The notes under the pieces are model-generated. The model worked only from the letters and a program-made list of their open reading frames with translations, was not told the origin of the DNA and made no database searches. DNA of 64,000 nucleotides from Dehalococcoidia bacterium. GTDB taxonomy: Bacteria; Chloroflexota; Dehalococcoidia; Lucifugimonadales; UBA3495. Made by a program: the position numbers and the translations under genes. The DNA is taken from positions 2,874,440-2,938,439 of the forward strand of contig OY843611.1 of assembly GCA_963692995.1 (NCBI GenBank). The letters are read 5' to 3'. Shown here one piece after another: positions 47,806 through 57,004 of the stretch (position 1 is the first letter of the stretch; every line of letters starts with the position of its first letter).

Positions 47806-49296
47806 TTATTTTTGGTCTCGGATCAGGTCAATGCGGACGGTGCCGGCGGGGCTGCTCCATCCGGTGAAGCCGGTTCCGTCATAGTGTTTCCAGGTTATGT
47901 TCCGGCTGGTATAGACGAATTTGTATCGCGCGTTCAGCTTGTGCGCCCGGCTTACCGTTTCGTCGTAATTTTCCAGGGATGCGTATATGTAGATCGCCCT
48001 GAGGCGGTGCAATCGCTCCCGGACCAAGGGGTGCAGGTCATTGAGCCGGTTTTCGTCAATGCCAATGTTATTTAGTTTGGGCAGATGGTCAAACCATTGG
48101 TGATTTAGCGTCGCCAGCGGATTTCCCGAAACTTGTAGGGTATGCAATGAGGGAAGATTTTCAAAGGCGTCGGGGCGGATCTCGGCGATGCCATTGTCGC
48201 GGAGGTCAAGAATGCCCAGTCTTGTTTGGGCGGGGAACAGATCGGGTGGCAGCCGGGTCAGGCCGGGGTTCTGGCAAAGGTCAAGCACGCGCAGGCCGGT
48301 TAGTCCGGCGAAGGTTCCTGGCTCCAGGGCGGTAAGTTTGTTGCCGCACAGGACCAGGTATTGCAGACTGGCGAGATCATTGAAAAGATTGGGATCGATA
48401 CTTGCCAGCTGGTTGTCTTGAATCCAGAGTCGCTTTAAGCGGGGCAGGTTACGGAAAGTCCCCGGTTCGATTTCGGTCAGCTGATTGTGGCCGAGATAGA
48501 GAATGGATAGCTCAGGCAGGTTCTGGAAGGTGTCGGGATGCAGTTCGCTGATCCGGTTGGTGTGCAGCCAGAGTTGGGTCAGATTAGGCAGGTTCTGAAA
48601 GAGGTCGGGATGCAGTTCGCTGATCCGGTTTTCGGACAGAATTAGTCTGCTCAGATTGGGCAGGTCATTGAAGTCGCCGGGCTTCAGGGCAGTCACTTCT
48701 TTTTGTTGCAGAACCAGGAGGGTGACCTGGGCGAGGTCTCCCGCGGTTACTTCCGAGCAGCGGCTTTTGTCGGTTTGCCGGATCAGTTCGGCAACCACTT
48801 CGGGGGTACGGTCGCAAACCGGTATCGGCCCGGTTCGGGGTTTGGGGGTGGGAAGGACAGCGGATAACCAAGCGGCGCGGTTGGGCAGCCGGATCAGTGC
48901 GCTGGGGTTGGACCAATTGTTCTGATAGTGCGCCGCGTTTTTACGTCGGGCGATGATCTGAAAGGTGTAGTCCGCCTCTTCGTTCAGGCCGTTAACCGGG
49001 TAAATGTAGCGTTCTTCACCTCCGCCGGGGATGGCGTCGGGAAGCCAGCGGAGCCGGTTTTCCGTGTTATCGGTCAGGTGTATCCAATAGGAATGGGCGT
49101 CGAGCAGGGGCTGCCAGCTGAGTTGTACAGCGCCGTTGGCCTCGTCCCAGTGGGCGGTTAGGTCAAACTGGTGGCGGGGCAGGGCTTCGTGATCCGGTCC
49201 GTCGGCAAAGGTGGGCAGAGCGGCGGCTGAAATTGTTGCGAAGAAGCCGGCGACGAACAGAGCGAGAACGGAGAGCGTGAACTTGGCATAAGACAT
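47806..49296 (-). CDS. secreted leucine-rich-repeat (LRR) protein with an FN3-like N-terminal domain (496 aa)
   Basis: ATG at 49296 (MSYAKFTLSVLALFVAGFFATISAAA) follows AAGGAGA. It has about 11 consecutive ~24-aa LRRs, e.g. LPNLSRLILSENRISELHPDLFQN, LPNLTQLWLHTNRISELHPDTFQN and LPELSILYLGHNQLTEIEPGTFRN. Confidence 0.8.
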   Translation of the reverse strand: MSYAKFTLSVLALFVAGFFATISAAALPTFADGPDHEALPRHQFDLTAHWDEANGAVQLSWQPLLDAHSYWIHLTDNTENRLRWLPDAIPGGGEERYIYPVNGLNEEADYTFQIIARRKNAAHYQNNWSNPSALIRLPNRAAWLSAVLPTPKPRTGPIPVCDRTPEVVAELIRQTDKSRCSEVTAGDLAQVTLLVLQQKEVTALKPGDFNDLPNLSRLILSENRISELHPDLFQNLPNLTQLWLHTNRISELHPDTFQNLPELSILYLGHNQLTEIEPGTFRNLPRLKRLWIQDNQLASIDPNLFNDLASLQYLVLCGNKLTALEPGTFAGLTGLRVLDLCQNPGLTRLPPDLFPAQTRLGILDLRDNGIAEIRPDAFENLPSLHTLQVSGNPLATLNHQWFDHLPKLNNIGIDENRLNDLHPLVRERLHRLRAIYIYASLENYDETVSRAHKLNARYKFVYTSRNITWKHYDGTGFTGWSSPAGTVRIDLIRDQK

Positions 49297-49427
49297 GGCT
49301 TGATCTCCTTGGATAAGGGGCTGGCTGGTTGGGAAGGTGGCCCGGAAACGGGCCATCGTAAAATTCCGGGTTATCTGTTTGCTGCGAGATAACGCGGGCG
49401 GCGGGACGCCGGCCCGACGGGAAGGCG

Positions 49428-52400
49428 ATGATGGTAGCAGTATGGGCGTTGATTTGGCAGTTTCGGCGGGTCGCGCTGCTGGCGGTTCCGCTGCTGGTGC
49501 TTCTGGCGATTATGAGCCTGGGCTGGTTCGCTCAAACCGGCTATGGCGACTTTCATCCTCCTGAGTCTCTTCCGGACCCTGGTATCACAAAAGATGATCA
49601 AGAGATTGTTACTGAGGTAGAGAGGGGGGAAGATGCGAATGGGAGGCCGTTTGCAGAGATTACGAAGGGTCGAGATGACATGGGCTATCATACCCATTGC
49701 CGTGGCGCTGGGTGCGACGGCGGCGGCGGCGGCGATGATGACGAACCTGATGCTCAGGATATAGCAAATACCGCGGCCGCAGATGAGATGCGGAGGGCTA
49801 CGCTAAGGGCGGCCTGGACGCCGACGCCTACGCCGAGGCCGACGCGGACTCATTGCGAGAAGTATCCGGGCAGTACGTTCTGCGTCACGCCGGAGCCCAC
49901 GCGGCCCTTTTGCGAGAGGAATCCGGATCATCATCGGTGTTCTACGGCATCGCTAAAGCCAACGCCGGCGCCCACGTCCTCGCTTACTTCTGCTCAGTAT
50001 TGCGGGAAGTATGGGGATGGTTCAAACGCCAGCGGCGCATGGTGTCATAACCACTTTTATACGCCCACGCCCCGGCCCACGGCAATGCCGACGCCCCGGC
50101 CCACGTCTGCTGCCACGGCAATGCCGACGCCCCGGCCCACGGCAATGCCGACGCTACGGCCCACGGCAATGCCGACGCTACGGCCCACGCGGGCGCCCAC
50201 GCTTGCGCCCACGCTTGCGCCCCAACTTCCTTACTGCGAAAGGAATCCGTGGGCGTATTCCTGCCGTGCGCTTAATTCTACGGCTACGCCCAGGCCGGTT
50301 CCCACGAATACGCCGACGCCCCGGAACGATGGCGACCGCCCGCCGGACTACGCCGCAACTCGCCGCGCGGAATCCGACCTGGCGACTCGTCGCGCTGAAA
50401 TCGACAACCTGGCAACCCGCCGCGCCGAAATCGCCGACCTCGCAACCCGCCGCGCCGAAATCGACAACCTGGCAACCCGCCGCGCTGAAGCCGCCGATCT
50501 GGCAACCCGTCAGGCGGAAGCCCTCAATCTCGCCACTCGCCGCGCCAACGCCGATCTGGCAACCCGCCGCGTGGCATCCGACCTGGCTACCCGCCGCGCC
50601 GAATCCAACCTGGCCACCCGCCGCGCCGAGGCCGACGCCGACCTCGCCACCCGCCGCGCCGACGCCAACCTCGCCACCCGCCGCGCCAACGCCGACCTGG
50701 CAACCCGCCGCGCTGACGCCGCCGACCTGGCAACCCGCCGCGCTAACGCCGACCTGGCAACTCGCCGCGCCAACGCCGACCTCGCTACCCGTCGCGCTGC
50801 CGCCGACCTGGCAACCCGTCGCGCTGCTGACCTCGCCACCCGCCGCGCCGCCGACCTGGCAACCCGTCGCGCCGCAGCCGCCGCCACCCGCGTCGCCATC
50901 GATACCCTGCGCCGGGCCGCGTTGGATGCCGCCAAGCAGGCCAACCGGGCCGCTGAACTGGCCGAAAAGGCCGCCGATTTAGCCGATGCCACTACCGGCG
51001 GGTCGGATAAGGCCGAGGAACGCATCACCGATGCCCGCGGCAAGGCCGACGCCGCCGACACGGCGGCCCGCATCGCCGAAAAGGCCGCGGACCGGGCCCG
51101 CAACACCGGGCGCCCCGACGCCGTGCGCGCCGCCGACCAGGCTGATCAGGCCGCCAAACGGGCCCGCGACGCCGCCATCCGCGCTCGTGTCGCTGCCGAC
51201 CGCCTGGCCGACCGCGTGGCCTTGCACCAAGCGAGGGAGCAGGCGCTGAAAGACGCCACCGCCGTCGTTGCCGACGCTTTACGAGCCAAGACTAAGGCTG
51301 ATGAGGCCGCGGACCAGGCCGATGCCACCACCGGCTCCGACCCGAAGGCTAAGAGCATCGCCACCGTGGCCCGGAAGGCGGCCGACGACGCTTTCGAGAA
51401 GGCCGACCTGGTGGACGATGTGGCCGAGCGGCTGCGCCGACTGGGACTGACCGACCATGCCGACCGGCTGGAACGGATTGCGGATCTGGTGCGCGACGCC
51501 GGCCGCAAGGCCGACTTGGCCGCCGCTAATCTGGAAGAGCGCATCGCCGACGCCCAGTCGGACCAGGCTCTGATCGACGCCGCAGACACCGCCGCCCGCA
51601 ACGCCGACGTAGCGTCCCGCGATGCCCACACCAAGGCGGCCGACGCGGAAAGCGCCGATTGCGCCGCCGCCGACGCTGCGGATAAAGTCGCCGCGGCGGA
51701 AGACGCCGGGCGAATCGCCCGGCAGAAGGCCGACCTGGCGGAGGCGGCGGCCGGCCGGGCCGCTGCCGCCGGGCTAAAAGCCGCCGCCGGCCGGGCCCAG
51801 CGCGCTGCCGGCCGGGCCGACCGGGCCGCCGACCGGGCCTTCCGGGCGGCGCGCAACCTGGCGGCCTGCATCCGGCAAGCCGAGATCGATGCGGCAACCG
51901 ACGCGGCTAACGACGCCGCCGACGCTGCCAACGTCGCGGCGGACGCGCTGGCCGCGGCGGACTGCTCCGACGCCGACGTTGCGGACAAGATTGCGGCGGC
52001 GCAGGAACGGGCGGCGCTGGCCGTCGGCAAGGCGCGGGAGGCCCGCGCCGCCGCTGGCCGGGCCCGTCGGGCCGGCTTGACCGACGCCTCGGCGCGGGCC
52101 AACGCCGCCGCCGGCCGCGCCGAGGCGGCGGCGCAGCGCATCGCTACGTTGCTGGCCGATTTGTCAGCCTGCGTTCCCGGCGCGGCAACGGATGCCGACG
52201 CCCTGGCGAAAGCCGCCGAGGATGCCGCCGACGCTGCTGTCGCGGCGGCGGAAGTCGCTAATGACGCGGCGGACGATGCCGACGCCGTAGTAAAGGCCGC
52301 GGACTGCTCCGACGCCGCCGCTCCCGGCAAGGTCGCCGCGGCGCGGGCCGCCGCCGTTGCCGCGGACCGGAAGGCCCACGCCGCCCGCGTGGCCGCCGCC

Positions 52401-54632
52401 GCCGCGCGTCGCGTGGGACGGACGGACGCTGCGGATAAGGCTGACCGCGCCGCGGCTGCCGCATCATCCGCCGCCGACCGAGCTACTGCTTCGGCGCTGA
52501 CCCTGGAACTCTGCATTTTGGAGGCGGCGACCGACGCCGCCGCTGATGCGGCGAATCGGGCGGCCAAGGTTGCCAACGCCGCCGCGGACGCCGCGGACGC
52601 CGCTGATCCGGCCGCCGCCGACGCCACCGATAAGGTCGTCGAGGCCCGCAGGGCCGGCAAGGACGCCCTGGTCAAGGCTGACGCGGCGGAAGACGCGGCT
52701 GGCAAGGCCCGCGTCGCCGGCTTGATCAAGGCCGCGGACCGGGCGAAGGCCGCCGCGGATCGGGCCCGGACGGCGGGCCGACGGGCCCTGGCGGCCGCCG
52801 ACAATCTGGCGGCTCGGATTGTCGCCGTCCGGTCGGTCTCCGCCATTTGCGACGCGGCGCGTCAGGCGGCGACGGACGCCAATACCGCCGCGGACGTGGC
52901 GAACCTGGCCGCGACGCAAGCCGACAAGGCTGATCCGTCGGCTTCCGACGCCAAGGCTAAGGCTGACCGGGCCGAAGCCGCCGCCGACCGGGCGTCGGAG
53001 CAGGCTCGCATTGCCGAAGTCAAGGCGGATCTGGCGAACAAGGCCGGCTGCATCGCGGACGGCGACGCCGCGGTCGCGGCGGCGGTGCGCGCTCGTGACG
53101 CCGCCCAGAAAGCGCGTCAGGCGGCGGCCGACCTGAGGGCGAAAATCGCCGCGCTGGGCCAAACGCCGGACGGCAGCGACACGTTGGCCTTGCGTCAGGA
53201 GGTGGCCGACGCCATCGCCGCCGCCCGATTGGCGGCGCAGCGGGCCGACGCTGGCGTCAAGGCGTTGCAGGATGTTGATTGCTCGGCGGATAACGCGGCG
53301 GCTGAAGCGGCGCAGGTGGGCGCTTGGGCAGCGCAGGCCCGGTTGAAGGCCGCGGCATTGCGCGAGGCGGGCAGCCGCGCGGCGGCGGCCGGCTTGTCGG
53401 CGCTGGCCGGCGACGCGGCCCGGATCGCCGGCGCGACGGAGGCCGCGGCGCAGCGGGCTTGGGACGCGATGCAGGCCAAGAACGCTTGCATCCGCGCGGC
53501 CGGCGGCGACGTAATTGCGCCGGTTGACACTCTGGACGATGCGGCCGACGCTCTGAAGGACGCGGTGGACGGCGCGCAGGACGCGGCGGATGATGCGGAC
53601 GGCTACGCGGATCGCGCGGAGGATTACGCCGACCAAGCGCGGGATAAGGCGGATGCGATAGAGGGAGACCCGGAGGCCAGCGACCAGGCCAAAGCCGACG
53701 CGCGCCAGGCTAAAGCCGATGCGCGGACCGCCGCGGATCAGGCGCGGACCGCCGCGGATCGGGCGCAGGACTTGGCGGACGATGCCGCCCAGCCGGAAGT
53801 CACCCTGACGCAGGCTCAGCAGCTCCGGAAGGCTGCCGAGGAAGCGCGGGATGCGGCGCGGGAGGCCATGGCCCAGGCCGCCGCCGCCGTAGGCCGGTTC
53901 ATTGTCATCATTCGCTTTTTGCCGCCGCCGACGCGGATTTACGTGCGGCCGACGCGCCGCTCTTTCTGGCGGACGCCGACGCCGCGCCCGACGCCGACGC
54001 CGGCGCCGTCATCCTTCGCCGGACCCGTGGGCAGCCCGGGCGAGGCCGTGCCGGTGGCAATGCCCCGGCCCAGGCCGGCGCCGCGTTGGTTCGAGACGGG
54101 CCGGATGGCGCGGGCCGAGCCGCGGGCCGCCGGCGCCGCGGCCGGCCGGGTTCCTCTGCTGGCTATCGGTTCAGGAGTTCGGCTGGGCCGGCCTTGGGGA
54201 GCGGCGGAGCAGGCCGCGCCGCCGTCCTGCCCCGGTCGGCAAGAGGAAATGGATGCTTACCGGGCGATGTTCGCCGAGCAGCAAACGGCCATAGCCGATC
54301 CGGACGCCGCTGCCGGCAAAGCGCTACCGGCGCTGGAAACCCCCCATGCCTACTGCGCCCGGTTGCAGTTGCTGGACTCCGTGCGCGGCTTTCTCCGTTC
54401 CATCACCGGCCTGGTTCTGGCGCTGACCGGGATGCTGCTGCTCTTTGTCGTTATCGTCTGGGGTCTCGACGCCGGCTCTTCGCAAACCCGGAGCTGGGTC
54501 CGGCAGACGGCTTCCGGCTCCCTGGTCGCCACAATCGGCGTGAGCGCCCTCTGGGGGTTTTACGAAATCGTCCTGGGCGCTTTGCTGGGCGTCGGTTTGT
54601 CCAGCGGTTATTTCTACTTTTTCTTTCCCTAA
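49428..54632 (+). CDS. giant Ala/Asp/Arg-rich repeat protein (1734 aa) with an N-terminal TM anchor, PT-rich linkers, an octapeptide array, long helical repeats and a C-terminal two-TM module
   Basis: One uninterrupted ORF. The N-terminus reads VALLAVPLLVLLAIMSLGWF. PTPRPTAMPT linkers and PYCERNP Cys modules follow, then about 19 DLATRRAE-type repeats and about 8-9 units of ~100-115 aa. The C-terminus reads ITGLVLALTGMLLLFVVIVWGL...LVATIGVSALWGFYEIVLGALLGVGL. It lies directly upstream of the VirB4-like gene. Confidence 0.75.
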   Translation: MMVAVWALIWQFRRVALLAVPLLVLLAIMSLGWFAQTGYGDFHPPESLPDPGITKDDQEIVTEVERGEDANGRPFAEITKGRDDMGYHTHCRGAGCDGGGGGDDDEPDAQDIANTAAADEMRRATLRAAWTPTPTPRPTRTHCEKYPGSTFCVTPEPTRPFCERNPDHHRCSTASLKPTPAPTSSLTSAQYCGKYGDGSNASGAWCHNHFYTPTPRPTAMPTPRPTSAATAMPTPRPTAMPTLRPTAMPTLRPTRAPTLAPTLAPQLPYCERNPWAYSCRALNSTATPRPVPTNTPTPRNDGDRPPDYAATRRAESDLATRRAEIDNLATRRAEIADLATRRAEIDNLATRRAEAADLATRQAEALNLATRRANADLATRRVASDLATRRAESNLATRRAEADADLATRRADANLATRRANADLATRRADAADLATRRANADLATRRANADLATRRAAADLATRRAADLATRRAADLATRRAAAAATRVAIDTLRRAALDAAKQANRAAELAEKAADLADATTGGSDKAEERITDARGKADAADTAARIAEKAADRARNTGRPDAVRAADQADQAAKRARDAAIRARVAADRLADRVALHQAREQALKDATAVVADALRAKTKADEAADQADATTGSDPKAKSIATVARKAADDAFEKADLVDDVAERLRRLGLTDHADRLERIADLVRDAGRKADLAAANLEERIADAQSDQALIDAADTAARNADVASRDAHTKAADAESADCAAADAADKVAAAEDAGRIARQKADLAEAAAGRAAAAGLKAAAGRAQRAAGRADRAADRAFRAARNLAACIRQAEIDAATDAANDAADAANVAADALAAADCSDADVADKIAAAQERAALAVGKAREARAAAGRARRAGLTDASARANAAAGRAEAAAQRIATLLADLSACVPGAATDADALAKAAEDAADAAVAAAEVANDAADDADAVVKAADCSDAAAPGKVAAARAAAVAADRKAHAARVAAAAARRVGRTDAADKADRAAAAASSAADRATASALTLELCILEAATDAAADAANRAAKVANAAADAADAADPAAADATDKVVEARRAGKDALVKADAAEDAAGKARVAGLIKAADRAKAAADRARTAGRRALAAADNLAARIVAVRSVSAICDAARQAATDANTAADVANLAATQADKADPSASDAKAKADRAEAAADRASEQARIAEVKADLANKAGCIADGDAAVAAAVRARDAAQKARQAAADLRAKIAALGQTPDGSDTLALRQEVADAIAAARLAAQRADAGVKALQDVDCSADNAAAEAAQVGAWAAQARLKAAALREAGSRAAAAGLSALAGDAARIAGATEAAAQRAWDAMQAKNACIRAAGGDVIAPVDTLDDAADALKDAVDGAQDAADDADGYADRAEDYADQARDKADAIEGDPEASDQAKADARQAKADARTAADQARTAADRAQDLADDAAQPEVTLTQAQQLRKAAEEARDAAREAMAQAAAAVGRFIVIIRFLPPPTRIYVRPTRRSFWRTPTPRPTPTPAPSSFAGPVGSPGEAVPVAMPRPRPAPRWFETGRMARAEPRAAGAAAGRVPLLAIGSGVRLGRPWGAAEQAAPPSCPGRQEEMDAYRAMFAEQQTAIADPDAAAGKALPALETPHAYCARLQLLDSVRGFLRSITGLVLALTGMLLLFVVIVWGLDAGSSQTRSWVRQTASGSLVATIGVSALWGFYEIVLGALLGVGLSSGYFYFFFP
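50346..50890 (+). repeat. coding array of about 19 degenerate 7-11-aa repeats ((D/N)LATRRA(E/N/D)xx)
   Basis: DYAATRRAESDLATRRAEIDNLATRRAEIADLATRRAEIDNLATRRAEAADLATRQAEALNLATRRANADLATRRVASDLATRRAES... Confidence 0.9.
50990..53650 (+). repeat. about 8-9 divergent ~100-115-aa Ala-rich helical repeat units, several carrying a conserved Cys pair (approximate bounds)
   Basis: Recurrent unit starts include TTGGSDKAEERI, TTGSDPKAKSIA, ESADCAAADAADKVAAA, AADCSDADVADKIAAA, AADCSDAAAPGKVAAA, ADPAAADATDKVVEA, ADPSASDAKAKADRA and VDCSADNAAAEAAQ. A second Cys occurs in LAACIRQ, LSACVPG, LELCILE, SAICDAA, AGCIADG and NACIRAA. Confidence 0.7.
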
Positions 54633-54669
54633 CCCGTTCTTTTCCCAACCCGGTAGCGGAGGCGGAATT

Positions 54670-56994
54670 ATGACCAGGGCAATGACGGCGGCGACGCGGC
54701 GGATCAAAAGGGCGACGGCCGATTTGCTGCGTCCGCAGCGGCACGTCGGCGACCTGCTGGGCGTGGACGCCGCCGGCGCCGACTTCGTGCTGGGTAGCGA
54801 CGGAGCGCGCACTTGCGCCTGGCAGATCGCCAGCCAGGATTTCCGCGACGAACGGACGCTGGCGGCCTGGCGGCGCTTTCTGCTGGCCCTGCGCTTTCCG
54901 GCGTCCTTTCTGGTGCGGCAGCATCCGCCGGGGTTCGGCGAACTGATCGACTGGTTCGAGCGGCGTCGTCCGCCGGGGCTGAGTTCGGGCGTTCCGGCCG
55001 CCGTCGGCGACTCCCTGACCCACTGGCTAAACCGCCTGCCCGGCGACGGGGACGCGCTGGATCGGGAAATCTACCTGCTGACCGGTCAGGATCACGCCGC
55101 CGACGCGGAGTCCCTGCTGGTCGCGGCCGGCTGGGCCGCCCGCCCGGTGTCCGGCGACGATCTGCGACGGCTGTGGGCGGCCAGCGTAGCCGGCCGTTCC
55201 GCCAGCTCCTGCTACGGGATGGAGCCGGGGGATGTGGCCGTTCCCGACTGCGCGCCGGGCGTGAGCAGCCTGCGCCTGGGCCAGCGCTGGGTTCGGGTCT
55301 TTGAAGTTGACCAGTGGCCGCGGCGGCTCTCGCCGATGTTTCTGGAAAGCGTGTTCGGCCTGGGCTTTGAGTTGGACTTCATCCTGCGCCTGTACCCGCT
55401 GAACAAGGCGGAATCCCTCGGCTTTCTCAATATGAAGAAACTGGCTTTCGAGTCCCAGCAGATCCATCTGATCAAGCGGGGCCGGCTGGTGCCGCCGGAG
55501 GTGGAAGGCGGCATCGGCGACGCGGATCGGATGCTGGAACAGCTCAGCCGCAACGAAGGCGGCCTGTTCCGGGTCGCCGCGTCGCTGGCCCTGTACTGCG
55601 ACACGCCGGAAGCCCTGGAGGAAGCCGGTCGGCAGGTCAAAATCCATTTCCAGGGCATGCAGGCCGGCGCCCGTCCCTTCCGCTTGCGCCAGGGCGAAGC
55701 CTTTGCCCGGCTGATGCCCCGAATGCAGTCGCCCCTGGGCGCTTTGCATATGGTGGATCAGGGAACGGTGGAACGCCTCTTTCCCTTCGGCCCGCCCCGG
55801 CTCAACACCGGGGTGGGCATTCCTTTCGGGATGGATTTCCGCAGCCGCGACGTGGTGGTCTTCGACCGTTTCGCCACCGGCGGCTTCACGGCGGAATCGG
55901 ACCGGCTGGGGGTGGGCGAAGTCCGTCGCAACCCGCATATGACGGTGCTGGCGCCGGCCGGTTCGGGGAAGTCTTTCGCGGTCAAGGTGCTGGCCCTGCG
56001 GGAATGCAGCCGGGGCATTCCGGTGTATTTGATTGACCCGGAAGGGGAATACGCCTTGTTGGCTCGGCAGATGGGCGGACGGGTTTTCCATCCGGGCCGG
56101 GAGAACTCCGGCGTCAACCCCTTTCAGCTGATCTATCAGTCGGTGGATCAATTGGCGCTGCAAGTGGCCGGGCTGGTTGCGCTGCTGGAGATGATGCTGG
56201 CCCGGCGCGGGCCGGCGTCGGGCCTGGAGACGACGCTGGACTATTGCCTGAACCGGTTTTATCAGCAGGAACTGGCGCAAGCGACGGAGCCGTCGCCGGT
56301 TCTGGGCAACGGCGGGATTTTCGCCTTTGAGCGTTTCCTGCGGGAGCTGGCGGTCAGCGTCGTCGAAGCCGGGACGCTGGCCGACGAACTGGCTCCCTTC
56401 GTTACCGGCAGCTATCGGTTTCTTTTCGCGCAAGAAGGGGACTCCGCCCTGGTCCAGCGGGAGGAAGCGCCCTTCACCGTGTTCAATTTGCAGGCGCTGC
56501 ACGACGATATGAAAGCGGCGGCGACGATGCTCTGCTGCCAGACGGTGTGGGGGCTGGCGATGTCGGTGACCCGGCCTCGGCTGATGGTGGTTGACGAATG
56601 CTGGACGGTGCTGATGTCGCCCAGCGGCGCGCAGGCTCTGATGACCATGGTCAAGCGGGGGCGCAAGTATCGTTTGGGACTGGTTACGATTACGCAGGAC
56701 ATTGAGGACTTTCTGGACGGGGACAGCCAGGCGGGGCTGGCTGGCCACGCCGGACTGTCGCTGCTGGCTAATTCCGCGGACTGCTTTCTGCTGCGGCAGA
56801 GTCCGGGGGCGGCGGAACTGATCCAACGCAAGTTGGCCTTGAGCGATGAACAGCGGGTTTTCTTGACCCAGGCGCGGGTGGGCGAAGGACTGCTGCTGAC
56901 GGATCAGGGCAGTTTTCCGGTGCGGGTGGTGGCGACGCCGGCCGAGTACGAACTGATTGAGAACGACGGCTGGCGCAGGGACGCGGCGGGTTAG
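54670..56994 (+). CDS. virB4: VirB4 / TraE / TrbE-like type IV secretion ATPase (774 aa)
   Basis: Walker A is VLAPAGSGKSFAVKVL. Walker B is LMVVDECWTVL. Downstream sequence reads GRKYRLGLVTITQDIEDFLDG. The N-terminal half has the typical VirB4 length and layout. Confidence 0.8.
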   Translation: MTRAMTAATRRIKRATADLLRPQRHVGDLLGVDAAGADFVLGSDGARTCAWQIASQDFRDERTLAAWRRFLLALRFPASFLVRQHPPGFGELIDWFERRRPPGLSSGVPAAVGDSLTHWLNRLPGDGDALDREIYLLTGQDHAADAESLLVAAGWAARPVSGDDLRRLWAASVAGRSASSCYGMEPGDVAVPDCAPGVSSLRLGQRWVRVFEVDQWPRRLSPMFLESVFGLGFELDFILRLYPLNKAESLGFLNMKKLAFESQQIHLIKRGRLVPPEVEGGIGDADRMLEQLSRNEGGLFRVAASLALYCDTPEALEEAGRQVKIHFQGMQAGARPFRLRQGEAFARLMPRMQSPLGALHMVDQGTVERLFPFGPPRLNTGVGIPFGMDFRSRDVVVFDRFATGGFTAESDRLGVGEVRRNPHMTVLAPAGSGKSFAVKVLALRECSRGIPVYLIDPEGEYALLARQMGGRVFHPGRENSGVNPFQLIYQSVDQLALQVAGLVALLEMMLARRGPASGLETTLDYCLNRFYQQELAQATEPSPVLGNGGIFAFERFLRELAVSVVEAGTLADELAPFVTGSYRFLFAQEGDSALVQREEAPFTVFNLQALHDDMKAAATMLCCQTVWGLAMSVTRPRLMVVDECWTVLMSPSGAQALMTMVKRGRKYRLGLVTITQDIEDFLDGDSQAGLAGHAGLSLLANSADCFLLRQSPGAAELIQRKLALSDEQRVFLTQARVGEGLLLTDQGSFPVRVVATPAEYELIENDGWRRDAAG

Positions 56995-57004
56995 GGGCTT
57001 GGTA

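Noticed and set aside
50011-53636. Large alternative-frame and antisense ORFs inside the giant repeat gene (50011..50982 +, 50510..51106 -, 51146..52846 -, 52464..53636 -, and others).
   Set aside because: These are artefacts of GCN-rich repetitive coding sequence. The peptides are Ala/Arg/Ser low complexity. The 1734-aa + frame is the only one with coherent domain and repeat structure and TM ends.
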